44,612 bases of DNA from Atractiella rhizophila. Lineage: Eukaryota. The translations under genes and the position numbers were made by a program. Numbering within the stretch: the stretch's first letter is position 1; each line of letters starts with the position of its first letter. Below are positions 1 through 10,819 of this stretch, one piece after another. The notes below the pieces were generated by a model. It was not told where the DNA came from, searched no databases, and saw only the letters and a program-made list of their open reading frames with translations. Location: NCBI GenBank assembly GCA_021432655.1, contig MU271380.1:33184-77795 (forward strand). The letters are read 5' to 3'.

Positions 1-1274
1 TACCTTTTAACCCTTTCCAATCCATCAATAGCTTCCTGCATGTCCCATTGGTCTAGTTCAATCTTCGAAATATGCGTTTCCCTTTGCATAGTCTTCATAC
101 CTGCACAGACATAAATAATACCCCCCATACCTATTTCATCTTCTACCGAGAACCAGTCCTTTGTGATCCGAACTTTGACTGGTACCTGAGCTATTTGAGA
201 GAGCCTTTCTGTGAACTCGTTGTTCATCATGGAACCGACACAGGATGTCAGCGTCGTCCCTTGCACCGGTGTCCCTGATCGATGACAAAACTCGATCATC
301 AATTCTGCCGGGATAGGGAAGGTGACCAGTACGCAAGGGGCTGGTGGCATCGGGCTCGAATAAGACATAGAGTCAGTCAGGTTCTCACTCAGATCTTCCA
401 TCACAATGTTGCGTTGGTCCACTGGCATCCGATCACTGTCGCAAAGCCTTGGCCCTTCCTCGTCTCGACCGGAAAGGAAAGCAAGTTTCTGCAAGGTGGG
501 ATAAATTTGAGCAATGTCTTCGTAAAAGTGCGGAGGGAGCGAGCATTCCACGACTGAAATGGACGATAACGAAATTTGAGAAAAAACATCGCGCCAAATT
601 GGCGCTGGGCATCTCAAGTCTTCAAGATAAAGATCTTGGAGATTTACAAGTTGTTGTACACCTTTGACTGTTGCCGAATTAGATAAGTCAATCGCACATA
701 GAGCCAAACTCTCCAAAGATGGAGGGAGATTGGGGAAACGAGATAAGTGGACGCCTGGAAAATGGCCATCGCAATTTGTTCCAAGAAAGCGAAGTCCGAA
801 GTGACGCAGAGCCGATTGTCCAGGTAAGGACTGGAATGCCATGTCAAGGTTGCCATTCAGGACAAGAGATTGAGGTGTGTTATCGAGGTGAAGTCCTACC
901 AAGGAGTCTGCAACCCTGATAATGGTGTTTATGTGGGAGCAGGCCATCAAGTCAGGCATCGAATCCTGTCGAAAAGGAAAATCGACCACCAAACTTTTGA
1001 GAAAAGCTCGATTTCGATTGTCCTTAAGTGTCAAAAGAAGTCCGTTCACTTGTTTCCGCGAGAAGTAAATGCGGACGCTCTTCAGAGCGATCCTTCGAGC
1101 AGGATACTTCCACGATTGACAAACAAGTGAAAGCGAGCTTAAAGCACGCTGACGTCCGCCGATAGAATGGTTAAATTGAGTCCACCAGAGATTTGGGTCG
1201 CTTGGTTGAAATATGTCGGGGTAGGCGAAGGAGAATATCTCGTGCAGTAACTCGGGAGGGATCCTTTCAGCCAT
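1..1274 (-). CDS. Intronless F-box-like protein, 3' end just outside the window
   Basis: Manual translation from ATG 1274 stays open to base 1, which explains its absence from the ORF track. It begins MAERIPPELLHEIFSFAY...RQRALSSLSLVCQSWKYPARRIAL (F-box pattern IPxELLxEIF...LSLVCxxW), followed by leucine-rich segments (LPPSLESLALCAI, LVNLQDLYLEDL, YPTLQKLAF). Confidence 0.8.
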   Translation of the reverse strand, partial: MAERIPPELLHEIFSFAYPDIFQPSDPNLWWTQFNHSIGGRQRALSSLSLVCQSWKYPARRIALKSVRIYFSRKQVNGLLLTLKDNRNRAFLKSLVVDFPFRQDSMPDLMACSHINTIIRVADSLVGLHLDNTPQSLVLNGNLDMAFQSLPGQSALRHFGLRFLGTNCDGHFPGVHLSRFPNLPPSLESLALCAIDLSNSATVKGVQQLVNLQDLYLEDLRCPAPIWRDVFSQISLSSISVVECSLPPHFYEDIAQIYPTLQKLAFLSGRDEEGPRLCDSDRMPVDQRNIVMEDLSENLTDSMSYSSPMPPAPCVLVTFPIPAELMIEFCHRSGTPVQGTTLTSCVGSMMNNEFTERLSQIAQVPVKVRITKDWFSVEDEIGMGGIIYVCAGMKTMQRETHISKIELDQWDMQEAIDGLERVKR

Positions 1275-1748
1275 GCTAATTACGATACAGAATGACAAAC
1301 TGTATAATGGCTCAGCTTTGTTACTAGTAATGTCGAGAGGGGGAGTCAATATTCTCACTTACTTTGTTGTACAAAGTGGTGTGTTCAGTCAGACGAGTGC
1401 AAGTCAAGGCACCCGACGATCCATCTCCGTTCAAGTTCTTTAGTACCAGCGAAGAAGCGAGTCACACTCTCACGGCCCTGCCTTGGTATTCGAAAATACC
1501 TGGAAAAGTTCTTGCGAGATTGGCGAGGTCTTTTTAAGGACGGAGGTCGACGGAGACAAGGGGGCAGTGTTTGCCTTGATTTGACTTGAGCTGACGAGGC
1601 AAGTCAAAGACTGTATTTCAATTCAAATCAACAAGATTTCGAAATGACATTGATAAAGAAACTCGAAAGTCGAAAGGAGACCCGAATGTTGAAACAACAA
1701 GTGACTAAGTTCACATATATTCTAACGACAGATGAAGAGAAATTGAGA

Positions 1749-4700
1749 CTATGGGAAGTTTTTGGGAACCAAACCTGAATCCTCCTTTGCGATTTCCTTC
1801 ACGTACTTCTCACGAAGCGCATTGATCTCTGATCCTTTCACCAGAGGCTTCAAGTCCTCACAAGCGATCTAATCACTCTCGTCAGCTAAGGCGGTGGCCC
1901 TAAAAACACAACCCACAGCCATCAACCGCTCGGCGTTATAAATGAGCTTCGGTAGCTTATGCATGTACTCCAAGAGATCTCCGAAGTTGTTGAAAGCAAG
2001 TATCTGCTCAGACTCCATAGAGAGAATAGCAAGAGCGACCCGGAAGAGAATCACTGCCCCTTCGACCATCAATACATCCCAGATACGCCTGTTCCCGCGA
2101 TAAGGCTAATACTTGAAGGAGGATGGACCTCACAATACAGTCTGGAAAGGAAGGTCGGTGAAGAGAAAAACCAGCCAAACGTGAACTGAGCTTCATGAAT
2201 TCGGAACTTCTCGAAGTGGTTGAAGACATCGTAGCACGCGTTGAAGCATATCATGAAGGACTCGCTGATCCGCTCGAGATACAAGCAGAGAGCTGGTATA
2301 GTAGTCCGAAGCTATATCTCCATCTTGAGCAAGAGATATGATCAGAGAGAGGAACTCACGGAGGATATATTCAATCAAGCAATTGAACACCCAAAAAGCA
2401 TCCTCTTCCATTGGGAAGATCAGGAGCAATGTCGCGGCAAGCTGATTCATTGACTAAACTTGAAATTAGGTCGCCGCTTTCACAGCGTATCAGACGTACC
2501 TGACAATATCCAATCTCCGGATTATGCCAGGAATAAGCGACAAGTACTTTCCACAACTTCGAAACGCCAGGTCCATCACCACCAAAGAACGCATTCTTGG
2601 GAAATGTCCGCCGGCAATCCATCTCTATCTGCTTTAGCACATCTCGTGCTTGCTTGGACGGATTTTCATGTTCCTTTCGATGAGCGGCAAGGAGATCAGC
2701 CATAAGCCCAGGTTCCTTGTGCTCCGTAGCTCCTGAACACTCCATCCATATCTTTGCTCGATAAGAGTTAGGGACACCGTTCCGAACCAGCACCCGTAAG
2801 GTGTTCCAGTCTTCCTTCCCACTCTTGTCTCTCCCAATATGGCCAACACCTATCAGGTTTTCTGACCAGTCGAAATGTTCTGTTTCCTTAGAAACGTCTG
2901 TGGCGAGCGAGGCTCCATTCGGCGTATTCTGAGGTTTCGCTCGAGATTGCTTAGGATCAACAGCTCTAGTGCTTGCTTGTCGCTTCTTGATAAAGGTTTC
3001 CCAAGCAGCAATCTTGGATTTGTCCGAGCTTTCTTGACGAAGGACAAAATCGACAAGGAGTAGCTTCAGTGGCGGAATGCCCGAATCTTCTGCGCTCGTC
3101 ACATCACCTTTCGGATCGGAGTCTGGAAGCCCAAATGCCTGACACAGCTCTTTCAAATCATTTTCGCCCGATCCGAGCTGTTTCGAGAACTGTGATGCAG
3201 AATCCTCTGCGGCGGGCTCCTCCTCGTCTCGATCCACCTCGCCAGTTTGCTTCACTTGCCGTTGATGCTTCAGGAGGGTTCGAAGTTCCTGAATGCTATA
3301 CGAGAAGCCGTATCGGTCAAGAAGGTTGTCTTCGCCATCAGTTATGATTTGGTGCTTCAACTGTTCTGTGCTGAACGACAACGTTGGCGGTTTACTGCTT
3401 GCTGCCACGATGGGTTCAAGCTCAACGTTAGAGGGCAGGTTGGATGCGGGATTGATGGGTTGTGAGGTGATTTGGGCGATGTTTGCAGGGCTCGATCCAA
3501 CGATGCCGACGGTGGGCAGGCTGATCCCGAGGTTAGGAAGAGTTAGATTAGGAGCTTTGGGGTCTTCCGTGTCTGGCTGCACGGCGCTGCCTCTTGAATT
3601 CGAGATCGGTGCCAGTCCCAGTGATCTAGCGAGAACTTCTGTGGCAGCAGAAAGGTATCCAGAATCCCGAGAAGTTGACGTGGTGGCTGCTATCGATATG
3701 CGCCGCATTGCTTCATTGTTCGAAGCAGCGGCTTTGAGAGGGACAACGGTAAATGTTCTCGATTCCTTGAGATTTGCAGACTGTCTGGTCTTGACGACTG
3801 CACCATCATCGCCGGCTAATCGTGCAAGTAGATCGGCAGATAATTGCTTGATCTTTACAGATGCGTTCTTTTTCAAAAGCTTCACCGTTTTGTCACCGTC
3901 CTCAGAGCTTGGTTCTGCTTCCATCCAATCCTTGGCAGCAAGGACCACAGCGCTGAAATGGGAAGGATGAGGTGTCTCCGTTACGCTTTGCTCTGGTGCT
4001 GGAAAACTGGGAATGCGGAAAGCTTGAACAAGTAGAGGTGATGTGACAGCTGATTGGATGGCAGATATAGGTGGAGAGATAGGGACGCCGTGTACGTGAG
4101 TCGTAGTGACTTTGGGAGGTCCAGAAAAGCTTTCCGCCATAGATTTGGCGAGGAGAGCTGTGTGATTTCGCCATCAATTCATCGTGCTTAGTCCAAAGGC
4201 CAAGAAAGCATACCTGTAACTGCCTTAGACGCCCCAAGTGCAGATTTAGAGCCCTTGGACTCTAGAGACTTCATCGACTTATCCGTCAGCGTTGCCACGC
4301 TCTTCACCAATTCATTCTCTCCATTGCACTCGCAACCTGGTGATGGCGGGGACGCAGATCCTGCGTTCTCAACTAGCGGCTCATCCTTCGAGTGGATCGA
4401 AATGGCGCGCTGACCGGAAGTTACAGAAATGGCCAGTGATTCGGTGTCTGCCTCCTGTTCCTCCGCCACTTGCCCTGAAGACAGAAGGGAGGAAGCCACG
4501 GAGGCTGACCTCTGTCTCCGTTCTTCCACCGGACTTTCAGTCAAGGTAGTCTCCTCCTTTATCGCTTCCGATCCTGCGCCTTCCTCAAATACCTCCGTCA
4601 CAGGTCGCCTAGCCTTCTCCTTTCGTTTCCACGTCTCCCAGCCTAGGACGGTTTTCGCCCACCCACTCTTCGGTGCAATGGCATCCTTCGCCTTCAAATT

Positions 4701-6002
4701 CGTATCCGAAGTAGGAGTCGGCTTGGCCGATTTAACAGGCTTCACCTTTGTCGTCTTGGCTTTGCCTGAACCAACGAAGAGTTGGGCAACGCTAGAGAGA
4801 GTTCCTTTTGGCTCGATGCTTGGTTGGACTTGTAGGCTGGAAGACGGAGACGGTGATGGGTCTGATACCGAGGAAGGAGGTTGAGGTTGTGCGGAGGAAG
4901 ATGGTATTGCAACTGATATTGGCAATGGGAGCGGAGTTGGGGTTGCCAACCTCACGCCGAACGACGCATCGTCTGACATGGCCTCTCTGAGGTCGATATC
5001 GAGGGACGCCTGTTCAGTAGAATCAATAACAATTAGCATGGTTTCAAACCTCTGCGGGAGAAATAGGATGAAACGGACCCTGTCGCTCGTAGTTTCCCCC
5101 TCACTCTCGCCCACTTTCGGTGGCTCCTTCAGTACGATGGTCGTGTCCCCTTCTTCACCGTTGATAGGCTCGGTCTCCTCCGGTTTCTCCTCCTCACTAT
5201 CCGCTTCACTTTCTTCCACGGGGTAAACTCTTGCTCTCACACAGGTCCTCTCTACCTCTCCTCTTCCGGCCCCCCATTTAATTGCAAGTTCCTTAACCGC
5301 ATCCAACTCAGACCTTACGTTCTCCAGCTGCTTCTCCATCTTTGCTAATCTTCGCTTAAGCCGTCTATTCTCTCGCTCTATCTTCTCCTTCTCCTTATCC
5401 ACCACTACGCCCTGTATAGCGACGGAACTGGAAGACTGTGGTCGGGTACTAGGTCCGGGGAAAGGAGAACTGCGGCCCTCCACTTCCAACCGCTCGCGAT
5501 GTAGTGGGAGTGGCGGAGGCGCCAAATCCTCGAGCGGGTTGAGCCTCCCCACCATTGGGGAAGACGGTCCAGAATCGACCCAGAGGGAAGCAGGGTGGGA
5601 GCGTCTCCCACGACTACTCTCTCGGCTTTCAGAGAACGGGATAGTTGGAGACGGTAGACCGAGTGACACCATCCTTCTCAGCTCCTTTACTCCTTCCTCC
5701 CTTCCTAGTGATCCCTCCTTATTCCCTGAGTAGGGAGGACCGGAGAAGATATCATTCTCTTCTTCTGAGTTGGGAGGGAGAAGGACAGATATGCTAGCCC
5801 TGTGTTTGTGATTTGAGTGGGAAGCATGGGAGCTCACAGTTCGGCGGGAAGAGGATTTCGTCTTCGGCGTGCTGGGAGAAGGAGGGGGAGGGAGCAGAAG
5901 GTTGGAGGTGGAGGAACCTGCGGACGGTGTCGGAGGGAAGTATGAGCTTGAGCTGGAAGGTTGGGAGGCGTGTGAGTATGAAGGGGAGGTGAGCGGGTCC
6001 AT
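1749..6002 (-). CDS. TBC-domain Rab GTPase-activating protein with a long low-complexity/coiled-coil N-terminus; two apparent frameshifts in the TBC C-terminal half
   Basis: TBC motifs LVRNGVPNSYRAKIW, QIEMDCRRTFP (Arg finger), spliced GYCQSMNQLA (Gln finger), EEDAFW, TFGWF and LRIWDVLMVEG. GT-AG introns include 5010-5078 and ~4158-4213, plus four more between ~1870 and 2500. Stop TAG at 1749-1751. Confidence 0.9.
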
Positions 6003-6976
6003 GTCGCTGCTGAAACGATGAAGCAAGGACCGTGCCAGGGAATTGAATGTTGTGGCAATTTGCTCCTACCCGATCCTATATATAATGGGACACTGGTCAG
6101 ATCGCATCCACTTCATCATCGAACAGAGAGGTCTTCATGCACTGAACATTGCAATGGAAAGAACAAGATAGGAAGTGGTGGTTAAGCCAAAGTCTCAATA
6201 AAGGCATCTGGGAGACTCAGTGCCGAAATGATTACTCTTGGCTTGATAAATTGGCTCTCTCGCTTTTATCAGCATCACAGTGTTGGTGAAAGTACGCCAG
6301 CGTATACGACGACCATACAGGGTCGTTGCGTATAGATACTACAGATACGCCTGAGACTCCACTTCGCTCAAGTGAGGTCGACAGTCACATCCTTCGATAT
6401 ACAACAATCTTCAACCAAATTCAAATTCAGAGTTCCGTCATATTCAGGCATTCTTCTCCTTAGCCCCCGCTGTACACCCGTTCTGCTATAAAACGAGCAC
6501 TTACAACTGAGACACCAGGTACTCTGTCAGATTCAGCTCTTCGCCCCTATTTAACACTTTTTTAGTACGCTAATCTATCAAAACCGCCTCGAAAGGAGAA
6601 ATAGCGGGGCCGTAGGGATATCTGTCGAGAATGATTAGGTCATGCGCAAGTGAAGTCGTCGTTTGGGACGGCGGACCTCAAGCACACGGAGCGAACACCA
6701 GACGGACGACAGGGAACGCGTTGATCAATCAGCTGGCAGACACTTGTTGAAAGGAAAGTGACAGAAGCGTCCACCGTCCAACGATAGTCGCGTCGTCCAA
6801 AAAACAGACCCGTCCTCTGCTCTTTTCAAACTTCCCCACCGTTTCGAATAGACGGTGAAACTGAGAGTTCTGAGCAGGAGATATTATGATTTTTTTGTGT
6901 AGTAAATCAACCTTGCTTCTCCATGCAGCATCGAAGAGACCGAAATACACTCGAGGAAGACGCGTCGTAAAGCAAT

Positions 6977-8186
6977 ATGGGCAATCCTTCCTCTGTTGCA
7001 AGAAATAGTTTATCGCTTATCCTCCCTTATTCAAACCGCAGGACCCGACTCTCTGTTTGACCGAATTTGAACATGCCATCGCAGACCGTCAACGCACTCT
7101 AGCGTCTCTCTCCCTTCTTTGTCAGTCCTGGAAATACCCTTCTCGAATGATCGCTTCGAACTGCATCCGCCTTTACTTCTCCCAAAAGCAAATGGATGGA
7201 CTTTTTGACGCTTAGAGACAGCAGAAATCGGGATTATCTCAAATGTTTGGTCGTCGACTTTCTGTTTCGCGACCATTCAATGCCTGATGTAACTGTTTGC
7301 CCGAACATCGAGATTATCACTCGCCTGACCAACACTCTGGCTGGACTTCACCTCGATAACACTCTTCATTCGTTGGTCTTGAATGGCAACCCTTGACTTG
7401 GCATTCGAGTCTTTGTCTGGACTTTGGCCTTTGCGCTACTTTGGACTTCGCTTTCTACGTCCCATAGTGTCGAGGTTTTTCTGGGCGTGGAGTTACCTCT
7501 TTAGCTCGGTGAAAGACGTTAAGGAACTGCTTCACCGAAAAGATCTTTAACTTCAAGACTTGAGATGTCCAGTGCCAGTTTAACGCGATAATTTCTCCTA
7601 GATTTCCTTGCTTACAATCTCAGCGATGGAATGCTCGGTGCCACCACATTTTCAGGACGACATCGCTCTTGCGTACGGTCCGGGCGTGATTGAGGGCAGG
7701 CGGAGGTTTTGCGATGGAGAAAGCGAGATTCAGAAACGCAACATTTCGTCCACAGGGCTGTGATCGAATATTGTGATGGAACTTGAAAATCCAACTACAC
7801 CGGTCCTTCCATACTTTCCTTCGCCATTCCGGCAGCATTGCTCATCGAGTTCTGCCATCGATCCCACATACCAGAGCAAGGAACAGAGTATGCAGCTTGA
7901 ATCCGCTCCTTGGCGAACTTCCCCTTCATTTTCTTCAGAAAACTCTGTAAAATAGCCCAGATCAAGTCAAGGCTCCAATCGCAAAAGCTGATATTCTGAC
8001 GAACTGGATAATCCTTTCAGTTGGTCTGCATACATTTGTGCAAGCTGGATAATCACTAAAAGTGAGACTCCGATTCCGAAAGTATAACTAGATCCGGCAG
8101 ACACACTGAAGGCCATCAATGGTTTGGAAAAGCTTAAAAGGTATTTTGGAGTAACAGCAGAAATTGAGCAAATGCTGTTCGGTTGA
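6977..8186 (+). pseudogene. Frameshifted paralogue of the F-box-like gene at 1-1274
   Basis: Collinear peptide similarity: RQRTLASLSLLCQSWKYPSRMI vs RQRALSSLSLVCQSWKYPARRI; GLHLDNTLHSLVLNGN vs GLHLDNTPQSLVLNGN; AINGLEKLKR vs AIDGLERVKR. Frameshifts near 7203 and 7392, with further indels. Confidence 0.85.
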
Positions 8187-10819
8187 AATTGTGTTCTCCT
8201 GAGAGAGATATTCAAGAAATCTCATCCGACGTCAGATAATATGAGAAAAGTAGTGGAAACATGTATCTACTGCCTCGTCACGTATATGCATGTCGTGTAC
8301 GCATGAACATGGAAGGATCCCCCTATCGTGTTTGGAGTATGCGTCTTACGCGCCGGTGAAGACAATCCTGTAGGGCGAAGTGATTTAGACGTGACAATCA
8401 CTACAATCTTCCTTCAACAATTACTGTTGCTACTTCTCGCTCCAACGGTGCCACACGACGCAGTTGGGGCGATATGTAGAAAGCTTGCCGCCAGTGAAGA
8501 AAATGATTGCATCTGTGCTCCAAAAGTGGACTGTGTGTAGCAATGGTTAGTAGTACCAAGAACTTGAAAGAGTTGATGCTGTAGGGTGTTGTCTGTCATC
8601 CAGGCCATCGAAAGCAATAGCCCAATGTAGAGAATGTATCATTGCACCATTCAATGCCCAATAAATTAATGAAATCTTGCATTCTTGTTGCAAGATGAGA
8701 TCTTCGATCTTCCCACCAAATCTCGCCATTTGTCCCACAAACTTCTGCAAATGGACTGCTCACCGCAAGTCGTCCTCGACGTACTCATCGTTGACTGTTG
8801 ACTGGGTCTTCTTCTCACTTTCTTCATAAATCTCTTCAGCACTCGTCTCACACTCTCCCAATCTACATACTGGAAACAAATCGGGATGTTTGATTAATTG
8901 GCTTTGCTTCAAAAATCACACGTACACGCCGTACGTCCCAAAGCTTACAAATTCTTATTCAGTGCGGCCGACGGTCCGATCAACTTGAAACGACGAAGTC
9001 TCAGTCGCCCTTCCCTCCTTCCCTCCGTCCCACTCATTCTCGTGCCCCTGCGGAGGTCTCTAGCTCTTCTCCAGCCTTGGAATCGATATCAGCACTTCCA
9101 ACCGCGAAAATCCACCTTGTGGTCTCCGGGAACTTGGACCTTGCGAGACTTAGAGCGACTAATCCAAGAACAGGTGCGTTTTACGCCTTACTATACGAAG
9201 GAAGTCGGTTGCTGATGGAGCTTTCATTCTCTTATCCATTCTTCTCCCTCGTCCATCGGCATTTTTAACTGACCGCGACCGCGTGTGCACTTGATCGGGG
9301 TTTCGGCGTGTGGTTTAGGTGGATTGTTGCCTGGATTGGATACGTTTACTGGATAGCATAGGGAGGAAGATCAAGAAGAAAAGTAGAAGAAAAGTGTATC
9401 AATAGTATTCTTCATTGGTGAGTCCTCTCGTTAGAGTGTTTGGTTGGTTTGGTTTGCATTTGTTTGCCTGGTTACTTTCCAGTGTGTATCCATGCCACAG
9501 AATGAGTGTTATGGATGTATTGTTTGTTACTGAATAGTGGACTCGGGCGGCGACTGTGTGCAAACATTTTGTCTCAAGCCATGGTTTCAACCAATTCGAT
9601 GGCCTTAGTTGTCTTCTGTGTACCTATTTTATTCACTTCTTTCCTTCTCCTCCTCTTCTTGGGGGCAGATTGTCCATGACATGAGGGTGTGCTCGTCCAG
9701 CACCTCCGGAAGAGTCATACGTACGCGTTCCGTGTTCAGCTCGTGTTTCAATGGTCACTTGTTGGGCCCGCTCCGAGAGCACACAATTTTCTGTGTACGT
9801 GATCTGTGGCATCGTGGCATCGATTAGGACCGTTTAGATCGCAACCTGTGCGAAGCTTCAGGACCTTGATGGGCCAGATCAGACACGCCTGATAGCGTCC
9901 TTTTCTTCACAAGGTTAGGTTATGTCCGAAGAGACTCGAGTGGGCTTGCTTTGGCATTGTCCTTGGGAGTGTGTACAAGTATGCATCTTTGAGGGCTATC
10001 GCTTTGGCAAGATGTGGGAATGGTAATGTCGGCTAATGTCTTCGTTGGCCAAGCCAGAGATGGTTTCTGTGTCACCCCAGTCTGAAGCACTTGGAGAAGG
10101 CGGTCTTATTCACTTGTTGTTTCCACTGCGGAAACGAGATTTGAAGAGGCAAAGTGGTTTAACAGCTAGAAAATCGTGGATACATATGACTGCTGAGCTG
10201 AGATAAAGTCGCTTCCTCAGTTTGATCGGCGTATTCAGGATTCAGGATGGCTGAATTGCCCATGCGAACCTGACTGTTGTCTGATTGTTTGTCCTGTTGT
10301 TGGTGTACAACATGATGCTGCTCAACGCCATTGCAATCTTTAACTTGCGATTTCTCAATTCCTGTGGTCCTTCCCTTTGAAGGAGTTGTGTATGATCCGA
10401 TTTAATACTCGATGAACTTCCCGATCATACCCCTTCCTCGTTATTACAGTATCCCCTTCATTGACTTTCATGATTTGCACCAAATTACAATGACGAACGT
10501 AGCCCGCAATTTACTTTTGCTTTCCTTTGTTGCTCGTCGTCGCGGTCAGAGGTCGCCTCCGAAAAGTCCATGGGAAACTCTGCAAACTAGGTGGCGGCGT
10601 CGTTGTCAAATAGCGGTTCACTTTCCAAACGTCAAGGGTGCAACCGTTATATTAGAGTAGTCTTGAAGGATACCGCTTGTGTATTTCTCTCTTTTGAGCC
10701 GTATCATGCAGATTTTGGAGCGGCGATCGAATGACGGTCATTGACTTTTCTTCCTGCAGAGGAATCAATCGTCATTATCTTTCTAATCTCGAACGTCACT
10801 CCCTCCCACGTTTAGCAAG

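Noticed and set aside
3293..5226. Long plus-strand ORFs antisense to the TBC gene (also those antisense to the ARID and VPS9 genes)
   Set aside because: Shadow ORFs of S/P/E-rich coding sequence with no independent motifs.
6303..6334. Hairpin TATACG-ACGACC-atacag-GGTCGT-tg-CGTATA upstream of the TBC gene, considered as a Helitron 3' end
   Set aside because: No CTAG terminus at the expected distance and no other element features; an isolated hairpin can arise by chance.
8330..8880. Minus-strand fragment (WAIAFDG..TDN) resembling a hAT transposase first-Asp region
   Set aside because: Needs frame switching, and I found no TIRs, TSDs or other transposase motifs. It may be an unrelated gene relic.
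8900..9405. Possible small spliced gene (…TLRDLERLIQEQ|VDCCLDWIRLLDSIGRKIKKK…)
   Set aside because: Splice-like signals are present but there is no clear start codon or recognisable domain.
9715..9850. Minus-strand CHRSRTQKIVCS, a possible decayed Zn2Cys6 motif
   Set aside because: Only two cysteines remain, with stops on both sides; too weak to call.
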